Source of the DNA: Hyphomicrobiaceae bacterium
Lineage (GTDB): Bacteria > Pseudomonadota > Alphaproteobacteria > Rhizobiales > Hyphomicrobiaceae
Length of the DNA: 64,000 bases
Assembly (NCBI GenBank): GCA_020638055.1
Contig: JACKJH010000001.1
Coordinates: 863,520 to 927,519 of the forward strand
Reading direction: 5' to 3'
Shown: one piece after another, positions 18,947-29,808 of the stretch
Numbering within the stretch: position 1 is the first letter of the stretch
How the letters are laid out: each line of letters starts with the position of its first letter
The notes under the pieces: generated by a model
What the model was told of the DNA's origin: nothing
The model's input: only the letters and a program-made list of their open reading frames with translations
Databases searched by the model: none
Program-made: the position numbers and the translations under genes

Positions 18947-19776
18947 GGGACCTCGTCAGTGAACTTGAGCTTATTGCCTGCGACGCGGGACGCTTAATCT
19001 CGGAGATCCGAGAGAGGGGCATCGAGGTGCTTGCGAAGGGTGACGGTAGTCCGGTGACTGAAGCGGATGCGAGCGCCGAAGCTTTGATTTTGGAGCGGCT
19101 ATCGGTTGCGTTCCCCGATATTCCAGTGGTGGCCGAAGAAATGGTGAGCCAGGAGGGTAACCCGGGGGATGTTGGCAGCCGCTTCTTTCTTGTCGATCCA
19201 TTGGATGGCACTAAAGAATTCATTAAAGGTTCAACCGACTACACGGTCAACATTGCCTTGATTGAAAGAGGAGCGCCCGTCGCTGGTGTGGTGGTCGCGC
19301 CTGCACGACATGAAGTTTATAGTGGATTTGCCAACGGTGGCGCCCAGGTCGCGCGAGTACCTCAGCAGGGTGCCCCGAGGGAGGGGGAAGACATTCATGT
19401 GCGTGCGCTGGGTCTGGCCTGGACTGCGGTGGTAAGCGTTTCACACATGACGGATGCAACCCGCCGATTCCTGGAACCGCTGCCAATCGGGGAAAGTGTT
19501 TCGGTAGGATCTTCGTTGAAATTCTGCCTTGTGGCGGCAGGGAAGGCCGATATCTATCCGCGGTTTGGCCGCACCATGCAGTGGGACACCGCGGCAGGTG
19601 ATGCGGTCTTGAGAGCGGCCGGAGGTGTTACCACAACCCGCGATAAAACGGTACTTTCGTATGGTCCGCGCTCAGGCCTGCCGGAAAACAGGTTTGAAAA
19701 CCCTGAGTTCATCGCGTTTGGTGGTGCTGTAGAGCGGCTGAGGCAAATTGTGTTTGAGAGCAAGCCTCAGCCCTGA
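18943..19776 (+). CDS. cysQ: 3'(2'),5'-bisphosphate nucleotidase
   Basis: Inositol-monophosphatase-family motifs EEM...[13 protein letters not shown] start overlaps the upstream stop (gtgtga). Confidence 0.75.
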   Translation: MRDLVSELELIACDAGRLISEIRERGIEVLAKGDGSPVTEADASAEALILERLSVAFPDIPVVAEEMVSQEGNPGDVGSRFFLVDPLDGTKEFIKGSTDYTVNIALIERGAPVAGVVVAPARHEVYSGFANGGAQVARVPQQGAPREGEDIHVRALGLAWTAVVSVSHMTDATRRFLEPLPIGESVSVGSSLKFCLVAAGKADIYPRFGRTMQWDTAAGDAVLRAAGGVTTTRDKTVLSYGPRSGLPENRFENPEFIAFGGAVERLRQIVFESKPQP

Positions 19777-19940
19777 CCAATGCAGTGTTCACGGTTTGGG
19801 CCTTGCTTTTATTGTTGGGCTATTGGGAACTTTTTGCCGTAGGGCCATGGGCAGGGTGAAAATTTTAATAACCGCGCATTATGACCTTTCGCAGATACAT
19901 GCCGTTGACGTGGGATCGATGCGATTTGCGAAACAAGGCA

Positions 19941-20516
19941 ATGGTGAAAAAGCTAACCGTTCAACGTTTGGATATTCCCGATGTTCTTGTGGTGACGCCG
20001 GCAAAGTTCGGTGACGCGCGCGGATACTTGTCGGAAACGTACAATGCATCCGCTTTTGCTGATGCAGGCGTGGCTGCAATATTTGTTCAAGATAACCACT
20101 CGCTATCGCGCCAAAAGGGCGTAGTGCGGGGGCTGCACTTCCAGGCTCCGCCTCATGCGCAAGGCAAACTGGTGCGGGTCGTCCGTGGCAGCATTCTGGA
20201 TGTGGCGGTCGATATCAGGAGTGGATCACCAACCTTTGGGAAATTCGTTTCCGTGGTGCTTTCGGCGGAAAACGGGCAGCAAATGTGGTTGCCTGAGGGG
20301 TTTGCGCACGGCTTTTGTACGCTGGAAGACAATACAGAAGTGACCTACAAGGTTACGGATTACTACGCGCCGGAATGCGATAAAGGGATTCGCTGGAATG
20401 ATCCGACAATTGGAATCGACTGGCCAGTTGGCGAGGAAGCGGCAATCCTTTCAGACAAGGACAAGTCGCAGCCATTCCTGCACGAGTTGCATGGGATTGA
20501 TGGCCGCAAGGCGTGA
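19941..20516 (+). CDS. rfbC: dTDP-4-dehydrorhamnose 3,5-epimerase
   Basis: RGLHFQ...GFAHGF cupin motifs. The start is taken at MVKKLTVQ. Confidence 0.8.
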   Translation: MVKKLTVQRLDIPDVLVVTPAKFGDARGYLSETYNASAFADAGVAAIFVQDNHSLSRQKGVVRGLHFQAPPHAQGKLVRVVRGSILDVAVDIRSGSPTFGKFVSVVLSAENGQQMWLPEGFAHGFCTLEDNTEVTYKVTDYYAPECDKGIRWNDPTIGIDWPVGEEAAILSDKDKSQPFLHELHGIDGRKA

Positions 20517-20564
20517 ATGGTGAAATGACGGTCCACGGGCTGAAAGGAATTGGAGACTTGCTCC

Positions 20565-21638
20565 ATGCGAATTCTGGTAACAGGAGGTGCGGGTTTCATA
20601 GGTTCGGCGCTGTGCCGTTATCTGGTCGGCAAAAGAGACATCGAAGTTCTCAACGTTGACAAGCTGACGTACGCTGCAAACCTACATTCTTTAGATCCAA
20701 TTGCGGACAAGCCGAACTACCGTTTTCTTCAGGCGGACATTTGCGATCGCAGCGCCATGACAGCAGCCTTTTTGGATTTTCAGCCAGATGCGGTCATTCA
20801 TCTCGCGGCTGAAAGTCATGTCGATCGCTCAATTACAGGTGCAGGCGAGTTCATACAAACCAATGTGGTTGGTACTTTCGCGCTGCTTGAAGCGGCGCGT
20901 GGCTACTGGTCTTCGTTAAAGGGAGCGGCTCACGATGCTTTCCGCTTCCTTCACGTTTCTACGGATGAAGTTTACGGGTCGCTCGGGCCGGATGGCTTGT
21001 TTGAGGAGACAACGGCATATGATCCAAGTTCGCCTTACTCCGCCAGCAAGGCTGCTTCCGATCATCTGGTGATTGCCTGGCATCGGACCTACGGGTTTCC
21101 GGGACTGATCTCGAATTGCTCTAACAATTACGGGCCATACCAGTTTCCTGAAAAGCTCATTCCGCTCATGATCCTGAATGCCATGCACGGCCAGTCGCTG
21201 CCGGTCTATGGCGATGGCTCCAACGTGCGTGACTGGCTTTATGTCGATGATCATGCGCGCGCGCTTTTGACGGTGCTGCAACGCGGGCAGGTTGGCGAGA
21301 AGTATAACGTTGGAGGGCGTAATGAGCGCTCCAATCTCGATGTCGTAACGCGCATTTGCGCGATTGTGGATCAGCGATTGCCAGACCAGGTACCACGCAG
21401 ATCTTTGATCCGATTTGTGGAGGATCGTCCCGGACACGACCAGCGCTACGCTATTGACGCTACCAAGCTGGAAAGAGAACTTGGTTGGAAAGCGAAAGAG
21501 GATTTCGAAAGCGGTATCGAGAAAACGATAGATTGGTTTTTGGCAAACCGGTCCTGGTGGGAGCCGTTGAGAAAATCTGTCTACTCGGGTGAACGATTAG
21601 GTCTCATCCAGAAGGCCGTCGCCAATGAGGCATCGTGA
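20565..21638 (+). CDS. rfbB: dTDP-glucose 4,6-dehydratase
   Basis: [10 protein letters not shown] and YSASKAASD motifs. Confidence 0.85.
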   Translation: MRILVTGGAGFIGSALCRYLVGKRDIEVLNVDKLTYAANLHSLDPIADKPNYRFLQADICDRSAMTAAFLDFQPDAVIHLAAESHVDRSITGAGEFIQTNVVGTFALLEAARGYWSSLKGAAHDAFRFLHVSTDEVYGSLGPDGLFEETTAYDPSSPYSASKAASDHLVIAWHRTYGFPGLISNCSNNYGPYQFPEKLIPLMILNAMHGQSLPVYGDGSNVRDWLYVDDHARALLTVLQRGQVGEKYNVGGRNERSNLDVVTRICAIVDQRLPDQVPRRSLIRFVEDRPGHDQRYAIDATKLERELGWKAKEDFESGIEKTIDWFLANRSWWEPLRKSVYSGERLGLIQKAVANEAS

Positions 21639-21650
21639 AGGCGGAGGCGT

Positions 21651-22571
21651 GTGTTGAGGGTTCTCGTGACAGGCGCGGGTGGGCAGGTTGCGACATCGCT
21701 TGTCAATGCGGCAAACGTGAGCAACATAGATCTGGTGGCTCTTAGCCGCGCCATCCTCGATATTTCAGACAGTAATTCTGTTATGGCGGCGATGCGTGCG
21801 CATAGGCCGGATGTCGTCGTCAACGCTGCGGCCTATACCGCAGTCGACAAAGCCGAGAGCGAACCTGATGCGGCGCGTAGAGTGAACGAAACGGGTGCTG
21901 CCAACATTGCGAATGCCTGCCGGTTGACCGGTGTGCCCGTGATCCACATTTCGACGGACTATGTGTTCGACGGCACCAAAACGTCGCCCTATGTTGAGGA
22001 GGACGTTGCTGCACCCTTGAACGCGTATGGTTGCAGCAAGCTTGCCGGCGAAGTGGCTGTCGCCGACAAGTGCCCGGCACATATCATTTTGCGAACCTCT
22101 TGGGTCTACAGCCCGTTCGGCCACAACTTTGTCAGGACCATGTTGCGTCTTGCCGAAACGCGCGATGAGCTTAGTGTTGTCGACGATCAGGTCGGTTCGC
22201 CGACGTTTGCTCCGCATCTGGCTGAAGCTATTTTACTCATAGCCGAACGTGGTTTGCGCGATGCGACATTGGATGCGCCGTGGGGTGTCTACAACGTTGC
22301 CGGTGATGGTGAGACGACGTGGTGCGGATTGGCGCGTGCGGTGTTCGATCAAGCACGTGGATCAGGTGGGCCTACCGCACGCGTGAGGGCGATCAGCACA
22401 GCCGATTACCCAACGCCAGCGCACCGCCCGGTAAATTCCCGACTGTCATGCGACAAGCTGGAGCGCACGTTCGGTATCGTGTTGCCGCATTGGATGGTGG
22501 GCGTGGCGGATTGCGTGGCTCAGATCAAAGGTGACAAACACGCGCATGCTGAAGCGAAGGGGGGCAAATGA
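21651..22571 (+). CDS. rfbD: dTDP-4-dehydrorhamnose reductase
   Basis: [10 protein letters not shown] Rossmann motif and [12 protein letters not shown] start. Confidence 0.8.
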   Translation: MLRVLVTGAGGQVATSLVNAANVSNIDLVALSRAILDISDSNSVMAAMRAHRPDVVVNAAAYTAVDKAESEPDAARRVNETGAANIANACRLTGVPVIHISTDYVFDGTKTSPYVEEDVAAPLNAYGCSKLAGEVAVADKCPAHIILRTSWVYSPFGHNFVRTMLRLAETRDELSVVDDQVGSPTFAPHLAEAILLIAERGLRDATLDAPWGVYNVAGDGETTWCGLARAVFDQARGSGGPTARVRAISTADYPTPAHRPVNSRLSCDKLERTFGIVLPHWMVGVADCVAQIKGDKHAHAEAKGGK

Positions 22572-23440
22572 AAGGCATTATCCTGGCCGGAGGTAGTGGC
22601 ACGCGTCTTTATCCCATGACCCAGGCGGCATCGAAGCAGATGCTGCCGGTCTACGACAAGCCGTTGATCTACTATCCACTGTCCGTCCTGATGCTAGGCG
22701 GAATACGCGATATTCTTGTTATTTCGACGCCCCGCGATCTGCCCGCCTTTCAAGCGTTGTTTGGCGAGGGTTCGCAGTGGGGGCTGAATTTCACTTATGC
22801 CGAGCAGCCGCGGCCGGAGGGGTTGGCGCAGGCGTTCATCATAGGTGAGGCCTTCATTGGCGATGACGACTGTACGATGGTTCTCGGTGATAACCTGTTT
22901 TATGGGCACGGATTGCCCGGTCTTGTGACTTCCGCTTATGGCAGCGTCGAGGGGGGGCGGGTTTTCGCGCATCAGGTGCGCGATCCGGAACGTTACGGTG
23001 TCGTGGAATTCGACCGCGAGGGTGTTGCGCTTTCGATTGAGGAAAAACCAGCGCAGCCGAAGTCAAACTGGGCCGTGATAGGGCTCTACGTCTATGACAA
23101 CCAGGTGGTAGAGATTTCCAAGTCCCTGAAGCCATCCGCGCGCGGGGAACTTGAGATTACCGCGGTCAACAACGCCTATCTGGAAATGGGCAAGCTCCAC
23201 GTAGAACGCATGGGCCGTGGCTTTGCCTGGTTTGATACAGGCACGCCTGATAGTCTGCTGGATGCGGCCAACTACGTCGCGACGATTGAAAAGCGGCAGG
23301 GTATCAAGATTGCAAGTCCCGAAGAGATTGCGCTTCGAAATGGATTCATCGCGCCTGCTGATCTTGAGCGGCTTGTGGGTGAGCGGTACGCAAACAACGA
23401 CTACGGTGCTTATCTACGAACAGTGTTGGCTGAATTTTGA
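22568..23440 (+). CDS. rfbA: glucose-1-phosphate thymidylyltransferase
   Basis: [14 protein letters not shown] motif. Overlaps the rfbD stop. Confidence 0.85.
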   Translation: MKGIILAGGSGTRLYPMTQAASKQMLPVYDKPLIYYPLSVLMLGGIRDILVISTPRDLPAFQALFGEGSQWGLNFTYAEQPRPEGLAQAFIIGEAFIGDDDCTMVLGDNLFYGHGLPGLVTSAYGSVEGGRVFAHQVRDPERYGVVEFDREGVALSIEEKPAQPKSNWAVIGLYVYDNQVVEISKSLKPSARGELEITAVNNAYLEMGKLHVERMGRGFAWFDTGTPDSLLDAANYVATIEKRQGIKIASPEEIALRNGFIAPADLERLVGERYANNDYGAYLRTVLAEF

Positions 23441-23459
23441 TGCGACATCACGGCGGAGT

Positions 23460-24452
23460 TCATGCCCCGCCGATTATTATACCGGCTGCCAATACCAGCG
23501 CGCCGCCCAGCACAACCTGGAACGTGGCGCGCAGAAAGGGCGTCTCCATGTACCGGTTCTGGATCCAGACGATTGCCCACAGTTCAATGAAGACCACGAT
23601 CAAGGCGATGATCGTTGCCGTCCAGAACTCTGGAATGAGGTAGGGCAAGGCGTGGCCAAGGCCGCCAATCGTTGTCATGACGCCTGATGCGATGCCGCGT
23701 TTAATCGGTGAACCGCGGCCGGAAATCTTGCCGTCGTCGTGGGCGGCTTCGGTAAAACCCATCGAGATGCCGGCACCAACCGATGCTGAGAGGCCGACCA
23801 GGAACGTGGTCCAGGTGTCCTGAGTGGCAAAAGCGGTGGCAAAGATCGGTGCCAGCGTAGACACCGACCCGTCCATCAACCCTGCGAGTCCGGGCTGAAC
23901 CCAGGTCAAAATGAACTGACGTTTGGCTGCCAGGTCTTCGGTGTGTTTCTCGTCTGGACCAAGATGGGTCTGGAAGGAATTCTCCGCGACGCCTTGATGC
24001 TTTGCCTCTGCGGCGGCGAGGTCTCCCAGCAGTTTGCGAATGTCGGCATCAGTAACGCGTTGTGCAGCGGCCAGATAGAAGTCGTGGGCCTGGCTCTCCA
24101 TCGTTTCGACTTCCTCGCGCATTCTATCGAGGCCGAGGTTTTGGACCAGCCACACAGGTTTGCGTGAATAAAAGCCAGAGACGTGCTCACGGCGAAGGGG
24201 CACGATGAAGTCGCCAAAACGTTTCTTGTAATGGTCGATCAGGCGGCGGCGATGTTCGCCTTCTTCGGCGGCCATATCGTCGAAGACCGCCGCAGATGCT
24301 GGAAAATCAGCGCGTACCTTGTTTGCATATGCAGCGTAAATCGCACCATCTTCTTCTTCGGAAGAGATCGCGAGGGCTAGAATTTCCTGCTCTGACAGGT
24401 CTTGGAAACGCTTCTTGGCATTGAAGTTCGGCCAGGACAGTCCAAATGGCAT
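23460..24452 (-). CDS. mbfA: membrane-bound ferritin-like (erythrin) domain fused to a VIT1-family iron transporter
   Basis: An N-terminal ferritin-like ExxH-type helix bundle plus a C-terminal multi-TM VIT domain. Confidence 0.7.
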   Translation of the reverse strand: MPFGLSWPNFNAKKRFQDLSEQEILALAISSEEEDGAIYAAYANKVRADFPASAAVFDDMAAEEGEHRRRLIDHYKKRFGDFIVPLRREHVSGFYSRKPVWLVQNLGLDRMREEVETMESQAHDFYLAAAQRVTDADIRKLLGDLAAAEAKHQGVAENSFQTHLGPDEKHTEDLAAKRQFILTWVQPGLAGLMDGSVSTLAPIFATAFATQDTWTTFLVGLSASVGAGISMGFTEAAHDDGKISGRGSPIKRGIASGVMTTIGGLGHALPYLIPEFWTATIIALIVVFIELWAIVWIQNRYMETPFLRATFQVVLGGALVLAAGIIIGGA

Positions 24453-24580
24453 TGTTCAGCAACCCTTTGTTCTGACGCACTTTGAAAGTTCGCCGTGAAG
24501 GCTACACTATCTCGTGGGTCGTTTGCAGGACCAAGGTCACATTGATGGCCTCGCGACGTGACGACGCAGCTTTTGCCGCG

Positions 24581-24733
24581 CGGCGTTTTTCTGCGACGAA
24601 CCGGTGTCCACTTCGTCGGAAAATGCTCCAGAGCGCATTTCGATCCGATAGAATCGGATCAGCGCTCTAGCTTTTTGGTTTGTTCGCATTTTCTTCGACG
24701 AACCGGTGTCCACTTCGTCGGAAAATGCTCTAG
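24581..24733. repeat. palindromic repeat cluster: modules B (partial), C and B
   Basis: Same hairpin modules as at 16541-16707. They create spurious ORFs at 24558-24764 and 24537-24905. Confidence 0.8.
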
Positions 24734-24780
24734 TGTGGTGGTGATGGTGGGTATAGCGGCATAGACTACAAGGAGTCTTC

Positions 24781-25206
24781 ATGGCGGGAGAGCCAATGCA
24801 AACCGGCCAGAGCAGTGGTGAGGCGGCAATGGATAGGCCAGTGCCCCGAATTTCGGTCAAACTGCAGCTCGACTTGCCGGGCGGCGCGCGGATCGGTCCG
24901 GGCAAGATCAGGCTTCTGGAATTAATCGAGGAAGCTGGATCCTTGTCTCGAGCGGCCGAGGCGATGAAGGTATCCTATCGCCGGGCCTGGCTTTTTGTGC
25001 AGCAGATCAACAAGGCTTTCGACGAGCCCTCGGTTTCTACTCCAGAACACGGGCACGGTGGCGCGGCGGCGCGTCTGACAGATTTTGGCAAAGAGCTTAT
25101 CCACCGCTATCGTGAAATGGAGCTGCGCGCCGAGGGCGGCAATGAAGGTGCGCTGAAATGGCTCGCGCAGCACCAGACCGGTGCGGAGGGAAAGAACGAG
25201 GAATGA
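24781..25206 (+). CDS. ModE N-terminal-like winged-HTH regulator (no TOBE domains)
   Basis: GPGKIRLLELIEEAGSLSRAAEAMKVSYRRAWLFVQQIN matches the ModE/LysR-type N-terminal HTH. Confidence 0.6.
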   Translation: MAGEPMQTGQSSGEAAMDRPVPRISVKLQLDLPGGARIGPGKIRLLELIEEAGSLSRAAEAMKVSYRRAWLFVQQINKAFDEPSVSTPEHGHGGAAARLTDFGKELIHRYREMELRAEGGNEGALKWLAQHQTGAEGKNEE

Positions 25207-25463
25207 TGGGCGTCAGCGTTTTTTGACGAGCTTTAATTTTCTCGCATAGGGTGCGGATCCTTTGCGATGGGATCGTGTTTGAAGGCTTGCCCCGGATTGT
25301 GGGCTGTTTGGTTCAAATTCTGGGCAGTTCTGGGCTGTGGGAGCGCCGGCTTCGCTTGCCTCGTGAGTTTCTACAGATTATCGATCAGGCCTCTATCAAA
25401 ACTCGCGCCGGCCAAAACCTATCAACTCTCGTCGCAATATAACGTTTCAGAATTTTTCGCTCC

Positions 25464-26366
25464 ATGGCAGAAGCCCCGCACACGTATTTGACAACCAAGG
25501 AGGTGGCTGACCTCCTGCGTCTCAAGGAACGCAAGGTTTATGACCTTGTGGCCGAAGGGGGCATCCCGTGTGTCAGGGCGACAGGCAAGCTACTGTTTCC
25601 TCGCGACCTGGTCGAAGCGTGGCTGGCGCGAAACCTGGAATTCAAAGCCGGTGTGGAGAGCCTTGCTGAGCGGCCGCCGATTGTTGGCGGTAGCCATGAT
25701 CCGCTGCTCGACTGGGCGCTGCGAGAGGCTGAAACGGGACTGGCGGTGGCATTCGGCGGAAGTCTCGATGGTTTGCGCCGCATGTCGAAGGCGGAGGCGA
25801 TGCTAGCAGGCACGCATCTGGCGGACAAAGATCTGCCCATCGGCCAATCTTGGAATGTTGGGCACGTGCAACGGCAGCTCGCAGGGCAACCGGTTGTCGT
25901 CATCGAGTGGGCACGCCGTCGGCAAGGACTGATTGTGGCGCCGGAAAACCCTTTGCAAATTGATGGTGTTGAAAAGCTGAAGCGGCGCAATGTGATCGGA
26001 CGTCAACGAGAGGCTGGGGCCTTTGTCTTGTTGGAACGTCTGCTTGAGGATGCGGGTATGGCGTTCTCCGATATTTCACTCATTGAGACACCGGCGCGAA
26101 CGGAAGCGGACGTTGCAGCAGCGGTGGCTGATGGTCGTGCCGATGCGGGGCTTGGTATAGAGGCGATGGCTCGGCAATACAGGCTTGGTTTCGTGCCACT
26201 GGTTGAAGAGCGCTATGATCTGGTCGTCTGGCGCCGTTCGGTGTTTGAGCCGGCAATGCAGAAGCTCTTGGCCTTTGGGCGGTCTGAGTTGTTCAAAAAC
26301 TATGCAGATCAACTTGGTGGGTATGATGCATCCGGCTTCGGGACCGTGCACTACAACGGGCCGTGA
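25464..26366 (+). CDS. HTH (excisionase/MerR-like HTH_17) regulator fused to a PBP-like substrate-binding domain
   Basis: N-terminal LTTKEVADLLRLKERKVYDLV HTH. The C-terminal ~230 aa resemble a periplasmic-binding fold. Confidence 0.55.
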   Translation: MAEAPHTYLTTKEVADLLRLKERKVYDLVAEGGIPCVRATGKLLFPRDLVEAWLARNLEFKAGVESLAERPPIVGGSHDPLLDWALREAETGLAVAFGGSLDGLRRMSKAEAMLAGTHLADKDLPIGQSWNVGHVQRQLAGQPVVVIEWARRRQGLIVAPENPLQIDGVEKLKRRNVIGRQREAGAFVLLERLLEDAGMAFSDISLIETPARTEADVAAAVADGRADAGLGIEAMARQYRLGFVPLVEERYDLVVWRRSVFEPAMQKLLAFGRSELFKNYADQLGGYDASGFGTVHYNGP

Positions 26367-26455
26367 TTGAAGTGGCACGTCAACGTGGCTGCTTGGCGTT
26401 TGTCTCACAAGGATGTTGTTGCCTTGCCGCCAGCGTGAACGGGATGGGCGTGTTA

Positions 26456-27943
26456 TCACCAGGGCTTATAGGGAACGGGCGGTAGCCACATGGGGCTATG
26501 GTAGCGAATATTCCACCAGCGGCCGGTTTCGCGGATCGAAGTCGCATCGGCAAATGTGTAGCGGGCAATGTGCGCGCGGAAATACTTCGGCGGACCGTGC
26601 TTAAATGTGTCGATCGGTAAAAGCGATACCACTGGCGCGGAGCCTTCGCGCAGACGGTCGAGAAAGCGCTGATAGGTGTAAACAAATGGCGCTCCTCCCT
26701 TTGGTACGAACCACATGATCCAATCAAGGCGCGGATGGTGCGGCACGATGAACTCGGGTGCACGCATCGGGTGTCCAGGTTTGTACTCAAACTCAAGTGG
26801 TTGCCAAGTCTGGCCGTCGTAGGACCATTCCGTTATGAGCTCCAGGCGTTGCGTATCCATAACGGGAAACACGTGGTAGCGGTTTGATACGCTGTAGGCG
26901 CGCGCAACGTTGTCAATTGCACCGGCCCAAGCAGGTGCTGAACTCGCCGTAAGCATGAAAAATACTTGTAGGCTACTGGCAACAACGATGAAGCTTGCTG
27001 AAAACGCGAGCAGAATTTTCTCGATGCGACTCTCGCCGTACATCAGTTCCGCAAGCACGTTGTTGCCGAAGTTGCGCATGCGTTCAGGCATGGCGTGGCG
27101 AAGCGCATCATCGTCAAACAGGTATAGGCACAACAGAATAGTCAGTAGATTTATGAAGTTGTGGTTTGAGGTGGCAATGATGAGAAGCTGCCAGACAATG
27201 GTTATAGCAGCGCCGATCATGCGCAGGCGGCGTGGCGCGAGAAACAGAAACGGAACCAGTATTTCGACAACGAGCGTTCCTGCTGTTCCGACTTTCAGCA
27301 GCCATTCTGGAAGTTGATGCGCATACCATGAGCCTTTGTGTGGCAACGGCTGTGTTTCGAAATAGGTGTTGAGCGCAGTGAAGCCAGCCCACGTCGGGTC
27401 ACCGCTAATGATCTTTGACATGCCGGAGAGAAAGCGCAGGCGAAACAACAACCATCGCATTAGCCAGATCACAAGGCGGGAGCCGCCATGGGCGAGAAAG
27501 ATAGCCAGGAATCCGGCTTCCAGCAGAAGCGTCTCCCACTGGAAATTCATGAACAGTGAGCCGGCGTGATAGAGGCTCAGATAGAGCACGTAAAGGCTGA
27601 TCAACATCAGGCGCGGGAAAGCGCCAAGAAACAACATGAGCGAACACAGAATGCCGGCAGAGGCGACCAGGATCAGGAATGAATCTGATGCGTGCAACCA
27701 AAACAGGCTGGGTGAAAGAAAAAACCGCCAAATACCATATTGTTGCGTGAGTGCTGCTTGTTCATCGATGAGCGGCAATATGCCTTTCGAACCAGCCAGT
27801 CCTTCTATCTGGGGCGCCAGTGAATAGAAGGCGGCGAAGTAGATCAGCGCCAATCCCTTCAAGAAAAGATAGGTTATAAGCCGGTAATCGTCCGGCCGCT
27901 CCCACATATAGTTCCAGAGCCGGCGCATGCGTGGTCCCCTCAA
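26456..27943 (-). CDS. lipase maturation factor (LMF1-like) family polytopic membrane protein
   Basis: Multi-TM N-terminal half plus a conserved C-terminal domain (WFVPKGG, YKPW terminus). Confidence 0.55.
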   Translation of the reverse strand: MRGPRMRRLWNYMWERPDDYRLITYLFLKGLALIYFAAFYSLAPQIEGLAGSKGILPLIDEQAALTQQYGIWRFFLSPSLFWLHASDSFLILVASAGILCSLMLFLGAFPRLMLISLYVLYLSLYHAGSLFMNFQWETLLLEAGFLAIFLAHGGSRLVIWLMRWLLFRLRFLSGMSKIISGDPTWAGFTALNTYFETQPLPHKGSWYAHQLPEWLLKVGTAGTLVVEILVPFLFLAPRRLRMIGAAITIVWQLLIIATSNHNFINLLTILLCLYLFDDDALRHAMPERMRNFGNNVLAELMYGESRIEKILLAFSASFIVVASSLQVFFMLTASSAPAWAGAIDNVARAYSVSNRYHVFPVMDTQRLELITEWSYDGQTWQPLEFEYKPGHPMRAPEFIVPHHPRLDWIMWFVPKGGAPFVYTYQRFLDRLREGSAPVVSLLPIDTFKHGPPKYFRAHIARYTFADATSIRETGRWWNIRYHSPMWLPPVPYKPW

Positions 27944-28016
27944 CCATCAGCCGTAATCTGATATTGATACGCTCTCTGGTGGCTGCGCGCAAAGCGATCA
28001 TCGTGATCGTGCTTTT

Positions 28017-29726
28017 TTATTTTGTGGCGCGGCGGGGTGCTGTGTCGAACGACAAGCCGAGATCGGCGGCGATGTGCATCAGGCTGCGTTCGGCGAGCGC
28101 GGTGATTGTGAACAAGGGATTGCAGCCGAGCGAGCGGGGTATCACGGCGCCATCAACGACGTAGAGCCCTTTATGCAGTTCAGTGCTGCCACGGCCCGGG
28201 CTGGCGTCGAATACCTGGCCTTTGTGATCGACGACGCCGTTGGTGTGTTCGGCGCCCATGCTGCATCCACCCAGCGGATGGGCGGTGGCTGGCTGGTGGC
28301 CCATGATCGTACCAGCCAGCGGGTTTTTCACGTATTTGCCGCCAGATTGCGTAACAAGTTCGGTGAGCTTTCGGTCAAGGCGTTGGTAGGCTGGTTCGTC
28401 CTTGGCATTGGGCCAAGACAGGCTCAGGCGGTCATCGTCGAGCGTGAAGGTGCCTGATGCACTGTCGTGCGAGACGGCAAAGAATGTCTGCAGGTGGGCG
28501 AACGGGCCGTTGTAGACGCCTTGTACGAGGCTTTTCAGTGCGCCAAGGAGGCGGCCGTTGGGAACGAACAAAAGCGGAAGTGCCGGTGCGATCGCCGAGG
28601 GCAGAACGCCCTCTTGCACGGTGAGCTGGTGGGACAGGTTATTTGCGTCGTGTATCTCGATTTGGCCGGTGACCGCGGCGCCAATCTCGCGGTCTTTGAT
28701 CTTGGGCGGATAGCCGATGCCGACCGCGTTGATTGTCGGTTTGGCGCCCCAGCCGAAGGCAATGATGTCGCCGTTGGCGGAAAAGCGATGTCCGATATTG
28801 TCGGAGATTGCGAGACCCTTGTCGCGAGAGCGCAGCAGTATCTCCGTCGATCCAAGCGTGCCAGCGCCGAGGATCACAATATCAGAGGTGATCGTGTCGT
28901 GGCGGACAATGTCCTTGCCATCATCGCTCAACAGGGCGAAGGAAACTTGCCAGCATCCGGCCTTGTCCTTGGTAACGTGAGACACCTTGACGTGTGTGAA
29001 CAGTTCCGCGCCGTGGTTCTTTGCATCGGGCAGGTATGTCAGCGCGACAGTGTTCTTGGCGCCGACGTTGCATCCGCCGCAGCAATCACCACAGCGCGTG
29101 CAGGCGCTCTGCTGGAGACCGGCAGCGTTGACGCGGTCATCAAAGCTGACAGCGACGGGCGGAGCAATGGTGGTGTCGCCTGATGCCTGACCGGCCGCGT
29201 CAAGGGCCTGGTATTTGGTCATTTCACTAGAGCGTGGATCGCGGGCTGGCGCGAGCCAGACTTGCGCGCGGCGATAGCCCTCATCAAGCAGACCGTCCTG
29301 GCGTAGCTGGCCGGGCCAAATCTCATCGGCGAAGACGCGGGCGTCAGGTCGTAGGGCTACACCGGCATTGACGAGTGAGCCGCCGCCGAGGCCACAACCA
29401 GTGAGAATGTGCATGTCGTCGCCAAGGCGAACATCGAACAGTGCAGTTTGTGGTCCACTCGAAATCCTGCGGCCGCGAACCTGCATGTCGTTTTTAAGGT
29501 CGGGAAAGCGTGTTGGGAATTCACCGGTCGGCACCTCGCGTCCGCGTTCCAGGACAGCGACAATCTTGCCTGCACGCGCCAGCCGGGATGCTGCGACGCC
29601 GGCGCCATAGCCGGAGCCGACGACGATCACGTCGTAGTGCGATTTCAATGCGTCATGTGAGGTTGCAAGTCGGGCCATGGTGATACCTCCATGAGTGGAG
29701 GTACTTTCGCGTTGATGCGGGATCAA
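28017..29726 (-). CDS. GMC-family FAD-dependent oxidoreductase
   Basis: DVIVVGSGYGAGVAA FAD-binding motif and a C-terminal GMC signature region. Confidence 0.75.
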   Translation of the reverse strand: MIPHQRESTSTHGGITMARLATSHDALKSHYDVIVVGSGYGAGVAASRLARAGKIVAVLERGREVPTGEFPTRFPDLKNDMQVRGRRISSGPQTALFDVRLGDDMHILTGCGLGGGSLVNAGVALRPDARVFADEIWPGQLRQDGLLDEGYRRAQVWLAPARDPRSSEMTKYQALDAAGQASGDTTIAPPVAVSFDDRVNAAGLQQSACTRCGDCCGGCNVGAKNTVALTYLPDAKNHGAELFTHVKVSHVTKDKAGCWQVSFALLSDDGKDIVRHDTITSDIVILGAGTLGSTEILLRSRDKGLAISDNIGHRFSANGDIIAFGWGAKPTINAVGIGYPPKIKDREIGAAVTGQIEIHDANNLSHQLTVQEGVLPSAIAPALPLLFVPNGRLLGALKSLVQGVYNGPFAHLQTFFAVSHDSASGTFTLDDDRLSLSWPNAKDEPAYQRLDRKLTELVTQSGGKYVKNPLAGTIMGHQPATAHPLGGCSMGAEHTNGVVDHKGQVFDASPGRGSTELHKGLYVVDGAVIPRSLGCNPLFTITALAERSLMHIAADLGLSFDTAPRRATK

Positions 29727-29808
29727 GGGTTGGGATCAAATGCGTGCAAACTTAGCGGGTATAGTGTGGCGCCGATGCTTAGCGGGGCAAATTTCCGGGG
29801 GGTGTGGC

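Noticed and set aside
24453-24560. Possible Irr/ICE iron-control box upstream of mbfA (ctttgaaag near 24480)
   Set aside because: It is only a short near-palindrome and does not match the TTTAGAA-N3-TTCTAAA consensus well enough to call.
24558-24764. Small ORFs inside the B-C-B repeat cluster (24558-24764 plus, 24537-24905 minus)
   Set aside because: They are composed of palindromic repeat modules. The same peptide strings recur wherever module B occurs.
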